Origin: a virus
Taxonomy: Duplodnaviria; Caudoviricetes
Length of the DNA stretch: 57,627 nucleotides
IMG/VR virus record: IMGVR_UViG_3300037847_000264
Coordinates: 1 to 57,627 of that record
Direction: 5' to 3' (one strand)
A program made the position numbers and the translations under genes. Each line of letters starts with the position of its first letter. The stretch's first letter is position 1. The notes below the pieces were generated by a model. The model saw only the letters and a list, made by a program, of their open reading frames with translations. It was not told the origin of the DNA and did no database searches. Below are positions 45,015 to 53,301 of the stretch, piece by piece.

Positions 45015-47351
45015 ATGCAGAACAACGCAGTACCACCGCAGGGTGGTCTCACAACAGATGGACAAAAGGTAGACCCTGTATCAGGTAATGAAGTTCCTTT
45101 AGGTTCAAATGCACAGGAAGTACGTGACGATCTTCCAGCTCAGTTATCTGAGGGGGAGTATGTTGTACCTTCTGATATTGTTCGTTATTATGGTGTAAAG
45201 TTTTTTGAAGATCTTCGAGATCAAGGCAAGGGTGGACTAAATGAAATGGCTGCTAATGGTCGTATTGGTGGACAACCTATGCCTCAAGGTGGACCTCAAG
45301 CTAACGATATAACTCCTGAAGAAATGAAACAAATGCAAAGTATGACTCAGGGTTATTATACTGGTGGCTTTGGTACTAGAGAATCTATTACAACTCCTTC
45401 AAGATATACAGGTGCTTTTAGTTGGGAAACCCCAGACCCAGAAGAAACTAGTGGTGGTGGAGAAGACGAAGGTACTCAAGTAACTTTATACTGTCCTGAT
45501 GGTTCTGTAAATGTTTTACAGTTACCTGCTGACCAAGATAGATACAATGAACTTACCCAACAAGGTTGTGGTGTTGATTCAGCTATTGCTCAACCAGCTC
45601 AAGATGATGACGGACCTGACCCAGATGATATGCCAAAAGCAGATCCAACTGCTTGGATGGAAGACTATGGTTATGTAAAATGGGAAGATCGACTTAATCC
45701 TGAAAACGATGGTAAGACAGAAAGTTGGCAGGACATTTGGCAATCTTCTATGGATGCACTTGAAGAAAAAGATCAAAACTTTATTGAAAAACTTTTATCA
45801 GGTGGTGCTATTGGTAAATTTCAACAGGCAACTACAGCAGCTCAAGTAGCTGGTAACTGGGCTGTTTTAAATGCTAACGCTCAAACAGATGAAGAAAAAG
45901 CACAGGTTGCAAAACTTAAAGCAGAGTGGGATAAGTATGTAAAAGAAAAAGGTTTGGGTTTACTACCAGATGAATTTATTAATGGCGATCAGTTTGCAAA
46001 ACAAATTAGTTCTACTCAAGTAGATTGGGCATTAGCAGAAGATGATGTAGATATAAATGGTGATCCAATATTTAATAGCACAGAAGAGTTTATTGAACAG
46101 ATGGAAGAAACTGCATCAGATAAAGATAAAGGTATAACTGCTACTTACATAGCACCTGGAGCTACATATACTGATTCTATAACAGGAGAGCAAAAGACTA
46201 ATACTGGAGAAGGTTTTCTCCAAATGGACTACGATGATAAAAAAGCAGGCTATCTAGCAACTGTAAAACCAAAGCTTAGACCTGAAACTTCAAAAATAAT
46301 AGATGGTAATCAAGACGATGATGATGACGATGAAGGTCCAGAGGTAACATTACTTCCTGACGAATTAAGTTTTGAAACTCCTTTTGATAACACACCAACT
46401 ACTGATGTTGGACTAACTGATGATGACATGGGTTTACCATCAGAGCCAGTAGACTTTTCTCAGTTTGAAACAGCATCAGTACCTAATAAAGATATGACTA
46501 TGGCAGAACAGTATGCATCATATGGTCAAGGTAAAGCTGGAGAGGTTGATGATGGTTCATACGAAGTTGCGACTAGTGATCCTACTGCAGCGTTTGATAA
46601 GTTTATAGAAGATACAAGTCAACCTCTTGAAATAACTACCTACACAGGTCAACCTCAAAAAGAAGATACAGGTAGTTATGACGAAGCTCCTGTTACTTAC
46701 ACACCACCAGCTGATGACGATCCTACCCCTGCTTTTACTTATACTGCACCTGCTAGTGATCCATACGCAGAGCCAGGTAGACCTACAAGTAGTAGTAATG
46801 ATGATGATCCAAACTCCATCTTTAACCCAAGCTCTCCTATAAATACAGCTGGAAATAAAAACGTTACAAAAACTTCATTTGATAATCAAAGTGCAGCAGA
46901 AGAAGCTATGTATGGTGGTAGTTCTACAAGTAGTTCACCTTCTTACAGCAAACCTGCAAACGATCCATATGCAGAAAAACGTGGAGGTAGTTCTAGCTCA
47001 AGTAGTTCTAGTTCTAGCTCAAGCAGCTCAAGTAGTAGTAGCAGTGGAGGTGGTTGTGTAATTGCAACTCACGCTGTAGCTAGTGGTTCATTTCAATGGT
47101 CAGATAAAGAAAACGCTATGGAATGGTGCAAGAAAACACTTCACGATAAATGGTGGGGTGAGACAATGCGTAGAGGTTATAGATACCTAGGACGTAAACA
47201 TATTGCAAATGGAACTGCAGAAACAGTATACAAAGAGTTTAAAGAATGTATTGAGTGGGCAAATGGTAAACGTCCATTTGAAACTAAAATTGCAGCTAGA
47301 TATTATTATCGTGCAATACAAACATTTTTTGTTGGACTATTTGTAAAGTAA
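45015..47351 (+). CDS. Acidic, largely disordered virion/cargo protein
   Basis: N-terminal DDLPAQLSEGEYVVP domain, poly-Ser linker, C-terminal GGGCVIAT (CFI-box-like) domain. Confidence 0.65.
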   Translation: MQNNAVPPQGGLTTDGQKVDPVSGNEVPLGSNAQEVRDDLPAQLSEGEYVVPSDIVRYYGVKFFEDLRDQGKGGLNEMAANGRIGGQPMPQGGPQANDITPEEMKQMQSMTQGYYTGGFGTRESITTPSRYTGAFSWETPDPEETSGGGEDEGTQVTLYCPDGSVNVLQLPADQDRYNELTQQGCGVDSAIAQPAQDDDGPDPDDMPKADPTAWMEDYGYVKWEDRLNPENDGKTESWQDIWQSSMDALEEKDQNFIEKLLSGGAIGKFQQATTAAQVAGNWAVLNANAQTDEEKAQVAKLKAEWDKYVKEKGLGLLPDEFINGDQFAKQISSTQVDWALAEDDVDINGDPIFNSTEEFIEQMEETASDKDKGITATYIAPGATYTDSITGEQKTNTGEGFLQMDYDDKKAGYLATVKPKLRPETSKIIDGNQDDDDDDEGPEVTLLPDELSFETPFDNTPTTDVGLTDDDMGLPSEPVDFSQFETASVPNKDMTMAEQYASYGQGKAGEVDDGSYEVATSDPTAAFDKFIEDTSQPLEITTYTGQPQKEDTGSYDEAPVTYTPPADDDPTPAFTYTAPASDPYAEPGRPTSSSNDDDPNSIFNPSSPINTAGNKNVTKTSFDNQSAAEEAMYGGSSTSSSPSYSKPANDPYAEKRGGSSSSSSSSSSSSSSSSSSSGGGCVIATHAVASGSFQWSDKENAMEWCKKTLHDKWWGETMRRGYRYLGRKHIANGTAETVYKEFKECIEWANGKRPFETKIAARYYYRAIQTFFVGLFVK
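46989..47045 (+). repeat. Low-complexity poly-Ser coding repeat
   Basis: AGTTCTAGCTCA-type units encoding ~19 Ser. Confidence 0.8.
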
Positions 47352-47359
47352 GTGTTATA

Positions 47360-47560
47360 ATGGATATAACTGAATATATAAACAAAGTGGCAGAGCGCCA
47401 CAAGACTCTTTCTGATGAAGAGAAAGAAACTGTTAGACGTACAGTAGGAACTCCTGTAGGAAGCATCATAACAAAACTATTGCCTGAGTTAAGGCAAGCA
47501 GTTACTATTGGTAAACCTACAGAAGCACAACCTAAGCGTAGTGGCTTAGGATCACGATAG
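47360..47560 (+). CDS. Hypothetical protein (66 aa)
   Basis: Ends in GLGSR, similar to the GLMAR end of 8993-9508. Confidence 0.55.
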   Translation: MDITEYINKVAERHKTLSDEEKETVRRTVGTPVGSIITKLLPELRQAVTIGKPTEAQPKRSGLGSR

Positions 47561-47608
47561 GCGATAAGGCTACCCAGCGCAGCTGGCCCCAACATAAGGA
47601 GAATATAA

Positions 47609-48553
47609 ATGCCTGAATTACAAGCAGTAGAAACCCCAAAGAATGCTGGTTTTGTACAACGTGGAAGTAACTATGCACGTAAACAAGAACGAATGAAACA
47701 AGAAGAAGAAGAAATTGCTAGACTAGAGGCACAGGCTCGTGGCGAAGAAGTTGAAGAGAATGAACCCGATGGCGAAGGATCTGAGACAACCGAAGTACAA
47801 GCCACAGGTGATACCGAACAAGAAGAAACCGACACTAAAGAAGAAGCACAAGAAGATGATTCTAACTTAAGTCGTGAAGAAAAGTCGTTTAAGAAACGTT
47901 ATGGTGATCTTAGACGACATATGAATGAGAAAGAAAAAGAGTGGAAAGAAAGACTTTCTGCGTTGGAAAAACGTATGGAAGGTGAAAACATTCGTCCACC
48001 AAAGTCCAATGAAGATATAGAACAGTGGGCTAATAAATATCCTGACGTAGCTGGTATCGTAGAAACGATTGCAGCAAAGAAAGCACAAGAGATGTTTTCT
48101 AAAGCTGAAGGTAAACTGCAAGAGTTAAATGAAGCTCATGAAGAAGCTTCTCGTGTAAAAGCAGAAAATATAATTCGTAAAACACACAAAGACTTTGATG
48201 ATTTACGTGCAGCAGATGAGTTTCATGATTGGGCTGAAGAACAACCTAAGTGGGTTCAAGATGCTTTATACGAAAACTCAGACGATCCTAAGTCTGTAAT
48301 ACGAGTTATTGATCTTTACAAATCTGATAAAGGTTTAACTCCTGCAGCAAAGAAAGAAAAAACAAAAGCAGCAGCTTCCTCAGTTACTAAACGTAGTAAG
48401 ACACAGGTAGATGTAGCTGATGCTAATGACGTAATTCGTGAATCAGATGTTGCTAAGATGTCTGATAAAGAGTTTGAAGAACGGTCAGACGATATTAATA
48501 AGGCTATCCGTTCAGGCAAATTTCTATACGATGTTTCTGGCAAAGCCAGATAA
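47609..48553 (+). CDS. Capsid scaffolding protein
   Basis: Acidic coiled coil, FKKRYGDLRRH, directly upstream of MCP. Confidence 0.75.
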   Translation: MPELQAVETPKNAGFVQRGSNYARKQERMKQEEEEIARLEAQARGEEVEENEPDGEGSETTEVQATGDTEQEETDTKEEAQEDDSNLSREEKSFKKRYGDLRRHMNEKEKEWKERLSALEKRMEGENIRPPKSNEDIEQWANKYPDVAGIVETIAAKKAQEMFSKAEGKLQELNEAHEEASRVKAENIIRKTHKDFDDLRAADEFHDWAEEQPKWVQDALYENSDDPKSVIRVIDLYKSDKGLTPAAKKEKTKAAASSVTKRSKTQVDVADANDVIRESDVAKMSDKEFEERSDDINKAIRSGKFLYDVSGKAR

Positions 48554-48557
48554 ACTG

Positions 48558-48587
48558 TTGACAATAAACAAATCAGCAGTATAACTA
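48558..48587 (+). promoter_or_regulatory. Capsid promoter TTGACA-N16-TATAAC(TA)
   Basis: Consensus -35 and shared -10. Confidence 0.7.
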
Positions 48588-48795
48588 TGAGAATAGAGAC
48601 AAAAGCCTCTTGATGACTACCTTTTGTCTCGACTCAATTTCCGAAAGTCTAAAACTAATAAGAACTACCTGCTCAAGTACAGGCCCGTTAATTATCTGGT
48701 AGGCCAACTAGATAGGAAACGCACCCTAGAAAACGAACAGCCTCTTGTCGGTGTTTAGCTTTGTAACTCGAAGCCAAATATCAGGAGGATTTACT

Positions 48796-49869
48796 ATGGC
48801 TTTTACAACTGCAACGGGTCACGGAAATTTACCAAACGGTAATTTTAGTTCCGTAATCTATTCCAAAAAGGTGCAGCTTGCATTCCGTAAGTCTACGGTT
48901 GCAGGTGACATCACAAACTCTGACTATTTTGGCGAGATCGCTGCTCAAGGTGATACCGTTAAAATTATCAAAGAACCTGAAATCTCAGTTAGTTCTTATG
49001 CACGTGGTACAACAATCACTGCACAAGATCTTGACGATGAAGATTTTTCTCTTGTCGTAGATAAAGCAAACTACTTTGCGTTTAAAATCGACGACATCGA
49101 AGAAGCTCACTCACATGTGAACTTCATGGACTTGGCTACTAATCGTGCAGCATATCGCTTGTCAGATCAGTACGACCAAGAAGTATTAGGCTACTTGGCA
49201 GGATACAAACAGTCTGCACTACATACTGCAGCTGATACTGTAAACGACCAAGTAAACGGTACAAAAGCTGTTTCAACCGCAGGTTCAGACGAATTGCTTT
49301 CAAGCATGAAGCTGAAAAAAGGTGACTTTGGCAACATCACAACAACTTCTGCTGGCGATCACTCGATTCCAGTAGCAGCTCGTTTGCCAGGAGCAACAGC
49401 TTTACCAACAGCCACAGCTTCACCAGCAATGGTTGTAGCTCGTATGGCTCGTCTACTTGATCAACAACAAGTTGATAAAGATGGACGTTGGTTGGTTGTA
49501 GATCCAGTATTCATGGAAATTCTACGTGATGAAGACTCACGTCTTTTCAACGCAGACTTCGGTGAATCAGGTGGACTACGAAATGGTCTTGTCTTGAATA
49601 ACTTCCACGGATTCCGTGTATATACTTCAAGCAACCTACCATCAGTCGGTACAGGCCCAGGTACAACTGGTTCTGCTAACCAAAACACTAACTATGGTGC
49701 TATTGTTGCAGGTCATGATTCTGCTGTCGCAACTGCGGAGCAAATCAATAAGACTGAAACTTACCGTGATCCAGACAGCTTTGCTGACATCGTTCGTGGT
49801 ATGCATCTATATGGTAGAAAGATCCTTCGTCCTGAAGGTATCGTTACTGCCAAGTACAACGCAGCGTAA
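48796..49869 (+). CDS. Major capsid protein (start revised to MAFTTA)
   Basis: GGAGGA RBS; GEI...GDTVKI, F.IDDIE, DPDSFADIVRGMHLYGRKILRPE. Confidence 0.88.
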   Translation: MAFTTATGHGNLPNGNFSSVIYSKKVQLAFRKSTVAGDITNSDYFGEIAAQGDTVKIIKEPEISVSSYARGTTITAQDLDDEDFSLVVDKANYFAFKIDDIEEAHSHVNFMDLATNRAAYRLSDQYDQEVLGYLAGYKQSALHTAADTVNDQVNGTKAVSTAGSDELLSSMKLKKGDFGNITTTSAGDHSIPVAARLPGATALPTATASPAMVVARMARLLDQQQVDKDGRWLVVDPVFMEILRDEDSRLFNADFGESGGLRNGLVLNNFHGFRVYTSSNLPSVGTGPGTTGSANQNTNYGAIVAGHDSAVATAEQINKTETYRDPDSFADIVRGMHLYGRKILRPEGIVTAKYNAA

Positions 49870-49883
49870 GGGAGGATTGAACT

Positions 49884-50369
49884 ATGGCATTAGGTGATAA
49901 CACACTCCAAGCGGCACGAGGTAACTCACAACGTGGACGCAACCCTTATTACGTTCAAACTGTATTGAACTTAGCAACTGCTTTGTCTGACAAAGGTACT
50001 GCATTAGCAGCAGCTGATGCTATTCCTGTAATTGCTGTACCAAAAGGTCATATGGTATTAAATGCAGGTATTGAAGTTGATACTCAATCCGATGGTTCTA
50101 CTTTTACAGTAGACCTAGGTATGGTAGATGCTGACGTATTTGTTGATGGCTTTGACGGTACATCTGCAGCAGCAGTAGTTGCACAAAACCCTGCAGCATA
50201 TCAGCCAGTAATGGCTGTAGCTAATGACAACATTGATTTGACAATAGCTACATTGTCAGGTGGTGCTGTTACTACAGGTAAATTCCGTATCTGGGCTGTT
50301 CTTATGGACTGTACAGATGCAGGTAATGACGGTACTGCTAATGAAGTAGACCGTGACTTACTAGCATAA
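49884..50369 (+). CDS. Capsid decoration/minor head protein
   Basis: Beta-rich 161 aa directly after MCP, strong RBS, followed by terminator. Confidence 0.6.
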   Translation: MALGDNTLQAARGNSQRGRNPYYVQTVLNLATALSDKGTALAAADAIPVIAVPKGHMVLNAGIEVDTQSDGSTFTVDLGMVDADVFVDGFDGTSAAAVVAQNPAAYQPVMAVANDNIDLTIATLSGGAVTTGKFRIWAVLMDCTDAGNDGTANEVDRDLLA

Positions 50370-50378
50370 AATAACTTT

Positions 50379-50405
50379 AGGGGCTGCTTTTGGGTGGCCC
50401 CTTTA
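50379..50405 (+). terminator. Intrinsic terminator after capsid genes
   Basis: AGGGGCUGCU-UUU-GGGUGGCCCCU-UU. Confidence 0.7.
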
Positions 50406-50415
50406 GCACATCTAA

Positions 50416-50808
50416 ATGATACTTAAAGCTAAAAATAAACTACCTAGTTGGGATATTAGAGTATTTAATCTAGATGAAGTACACACCGAAATGGATGAAG
50501 CTGCTTTACTAGATAGAAATTTTTTAGCTGCTATTAAAAAATCATTAGATAATAATGGAATGCTTTGGCCTCCTATAGTTTGGACACAAGAAACTTTTTT
50601 AGTTTATTGGCAAGAGCAATCACACAGACAAGACCCTAATAAACCTGTAGACGTAGATTTTAAATATCGTTGTGCTATAGGAAATAATAGGTTTAACTAC
50701 GCTAAAGAAAATGGATATAAACAAATAGAATGTGTTTATGTTCCAACTTGGCAAGATAAAGATGCAGTATTAGAAACAACTAAGATGGAATACTGCGTAG
50801 ACTTTTAA
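50416..50808 (+). CDS. ParB/Srx-like fold protein
   Basis: SLDNNGMLWPPIV...IGNNRF..AKE.G...IEC. Confidence 0.5.
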   Translation: MILKAKNKLPSWDIRVFNLDEVHTEMDEAALLDRNFLAAIKKSLDNNGMLWPPIVWTQETFLVYWQEQSHRQDPNKPVDVDFKYRCAIGNNRFNYAKENGYKQIECVYVPTWQDKDAVLETTKMEYCVDF

Positions 50809-50824
50809 ACAAAGGGATTCAAAC

Positions 50825-51262
50825 ATGGGCATTACAACAGCAATGTGTACAAGTTTTAAATCAGAAGTTCTGGGTGGTGTCCACGATCTGGATACCCATA
50901 CATTAAAACTTGCATTAATTAAAAGCGGTGAGTCTGGTACATATGGCGCAGCAACAACTAATTACTCAGACGTTACAGGTAACTCTGACGAAGCAACAGG
51001 TACTAACTACACAGCAGGTGGACAAAACCTAGATGGTGCTACTATTAGTACAGATGGTACTACAGCCATAGTAGATTTTACAGATGAGGTTTTTTCTAAC
51101 GTAACAACTTCAGCAGCAGGTTGTATTATTTACAACTCCTCTGCTTCAAACAAAGCAATATGCGTAATTTCTTTTGGTGGTACTGTAAGTGCTACAGCAG
51201 GTGACTTAACTATTGAATTTCCTGCAGCAGCAGCGAGTACTGCCGTAATACGTATTGCCTAA
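50825..51262 (+). CDS. Structural protein
   Basis: CTSFKSEVL, YTAGGQ.L, A.GCIIYN, typical virion beta protein. Confidence 0.65.
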   Translation: MGITTAMCTSFKSEVLGGVHDLDTHTLKLALIKSGESGTYGAATTNYSDVTGNSDEATGTNYTAGGQNLDGATISTDGTTAIVDFTDEVFSNVTTSAAGCIIYNSSASNKAICVISFGGTVSATAGDLTIEFPAAAASTAVIRIA

Positions 51263-51265
51263 CAA

Positions 51266-52024
51266 ATGTCTTTCTCAGGAGTTAGTGCAACTGGCGCAAT
51301 AGAAACTGTAAGCGTTGGTGGTTTTGAAATTGACATATCTGAGAACCTACTTAGTGTATCAGCAACAGGTACAATAGGTTCTGTAGGAGTAGGCAATAGT
51401 GCAACACTTACTGGTGTAAGTGCTACTGGTAGCATAAACACAGTAAAAGAAAATGTTGCAGAAGAATTAGGAAGTGTATCTGCCACAGGTGCTATAGGTA
51501 CAATAGAACCACAGGTAGATGAAGACCTAGTTAGTGTATCAGCTACAGGTGCAATAGGTACACTAACAGTAAATGTAAGTGAAGCTTTAGCAAGCGTATC
51601 TGGTACAGGCGCAATAGGTACAGTAGAAGCTAAAACTTCTGAAGACTTACTTAGTGTAACAGCCACATTTACAGTAGGCACTGTTAAACCCAATGTATCT
51701 GAAACACTAGGAACAGTAGTCGGTACATCTAGTACTAGTGCAGTAACTACTAGGGCAACTGCCACACCACCAATTACAGGACTAGAATTAACTGGTTCGA
51801 TAAATGCACCAGAACCAGTAGTAGATGAATCACTACAAAGTGTATCAGCAACAGGTGCAGTCGGCAGTGTTAATATAAGTGTTACTGAAAAATTAGTAGG
51901 TGCATCTTCTTCTGCTTTAATAAACTTACCAGTAGGAAATGTAACATCAATTCAATTTGATTACGAAGCAGTTAAACACAGATACAATAAAAGAAGAACT
52001 GTCTTACTACCGAGGGTTGCATAA
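51266..52024 (+). CDS. Repetitive fibre-like structural protein
   Basis: ~10 repeats of (E.L.S)VSATG(A/T)IG(T/S)V with ~20-aa period. Confidence 0.65.
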   Translation: MSFSGVSATGAIETVSVGGFEIDISENLLSVSATGTIGSVGVGNSATLTGVSATGSINTVKENVAEELGSVSATGAIGTIEPQVDEDLVSVSATGAIGTLTVNVSEALASVSGTGAIGTVEAKTSEDLLSVTATFTVGTVKPNVSETLGTVVGTSSTSAVTTRATATPPITGLELTGSINAPEPVVDESLQSVSATGAVGSVNISVTEKLVGASSSALINLPVGNVTSIQFDYEAVKHRYNKRRTVLLPRVA

Positions 52025-52209
52025 TGCCCACTTCACCTTCAGAAAGAACTGTGCTAGTAAGACCTCAAAACAGATTAGTTTTTGTAGACGCACAAACCAC
52101 TACTAGTTCTAAAGATAGAACTGTGATAGTAGAAAAACAAAATAGATTCGTATTTATAAAAAGAAAGCCTAGATCAGCAGATCGTGTTGTCTATGCTAAT
52201 GAGGATTAA
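52024..52209 (+). CDS. Small basic protein with internal repeat
   Basis: RTV.V..QNR.VF occurs twice. Confidence 0.55.
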   Translation: MPTSPSERTVLVRPQNRLVFVDAQTTTSSKDRTVIVEKQNRFVFIKRKPRSADRVVYANED

Positions 52210-52211
52210 AA

Positions 52212-52559
52212 ATGAGTTTCCGTTGGCCAAGTAAAGACCCTGATGAAACATTAGACTATAGCGTAGACTGGTCAAGATTTCTTGATACAGCTATAATTAA
52301 CTCAGTAGTATGGTTTGTAAAGTCTAATGTGTATAATGTAAAAACACAATTAAATGCAGGACAAAACTTAACCAACGCTTCTAGTAATGCAGTAACAGAT
52401 ACAATACAAAATGTGTCTCAAACAAACACTAATACTGTTGCAACTATAAATATTGCTGGTGGATCAAACAATGTAGAGTATACTTTCTTTTGTCAGATGA
52501 CAGACGATACAGGAAGTACTGCAGAACGTAGTATTAAACTTCGACTAAAGGAACGTTAA
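52212..52559 (+). CDS. Fibre-tail adaptor-like structural protein
   Basis: KDPDETLDYSVDWS. Confidence 0.6.
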   Translation: MSFRWPSKDPDETLDYSVDWSRFLDTAIINSVVWFVKSNVYNVKTQLNAGQNLTNASSNAVTDTIQNVSQTNTNTVATINIAGGSNNVEYTFFCQMTDDTGSTAERSIKLRLKER

Positions 52560-52560
52560 G

Positions 52561-53298
52561 ATGGCTTATGATTATATTGGAATTGTAAACGACATAAATC
52601 GTAGACTTAACGAAGTTGAACTTACAGGTGGCACAGGAACAAACGCAAACTTCCTTACAGCCACTGGTGAATACTCTATGATTAAAGATGCAGTTAACTC
52701 TGCAATTCGTTTTATTAATCAACACGAATACGAATGGCCTTTTAATCACGTAGAAGAAACTGAAACACTAACCCCAGGTTTGGTAAGATATGCATCTCCT
52801 ACTGATTCTAAAGTATTAGACTTTGATAGTTTTCGTATTAAACGAAATGACACACTAGGAAACGACACCAAAAAACTTCGTTTGCTATCTTACGAAGAGT
52901 ATTTAGAAAAGTATTCTGATTATGAATACAATACTTCTACTGGTATACGTGCATTACCAGAGTTTGTTTTTAGAACTCCTGATGATGGCTTTGGTATAGT
53001 AGCTCCGCCAGATAAAGCTTACGAGTTAGTCTACGAGTATTACAGACTACCTGTTGATTTAATTAATGATACTGATGTACCCACAGTCCCAGAACAATTT
53101 AGACATGTTATCGTAAATGGTGCAATGCACTTTGCCTATATGTTTAGAGGTGAAACACAAGAGTCTATGCTTATGCAAACAAAGTTTGAGACTGAAATAA
53201 AACAAATGAGGAGCCTGTATATTAACCGTTACGATTATGCTAGATCTACTGTTGTAAACAGAGGTAACGTTTCTTACAACACTATTCAGGTCAACTAA
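52561..53298 (+). CDS. Head-tail adaptor (tail tubular A-like)
   Basis: VN....RLNE, WPF, P.PDKAY.L.YEYY..P.DL....D.P.VP. Confidence 0.7.
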   Translation: MAYDYIGIVNDINRRLNEVELTGGTGTNANFLTATGEYSMIKDAVNSAIRFINQHEYEWPFNHVEETETLTPGLVRYASPTDSKVLDFDSFRIKRNDTLGNDTKKLRLLSYEEYLEKYSDYEYNTSTGIRALPEFVFRTPDDGFGIVAPPDKAYELVYEYYRLPVDLINDTDVPTVPEQFRHVIVNGAMHFAYMFRGETQESMLMQTKFETEIKQMRSLYINRYDYARSTVVNRGNVSYNTIQVN

Positions 53299-53301
53299 TA
53301 A

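Noticed and set aside
48745-48795. Upstream start for major capsid protein
   Set aside because: GGAGGA RBS supports ATG 48796
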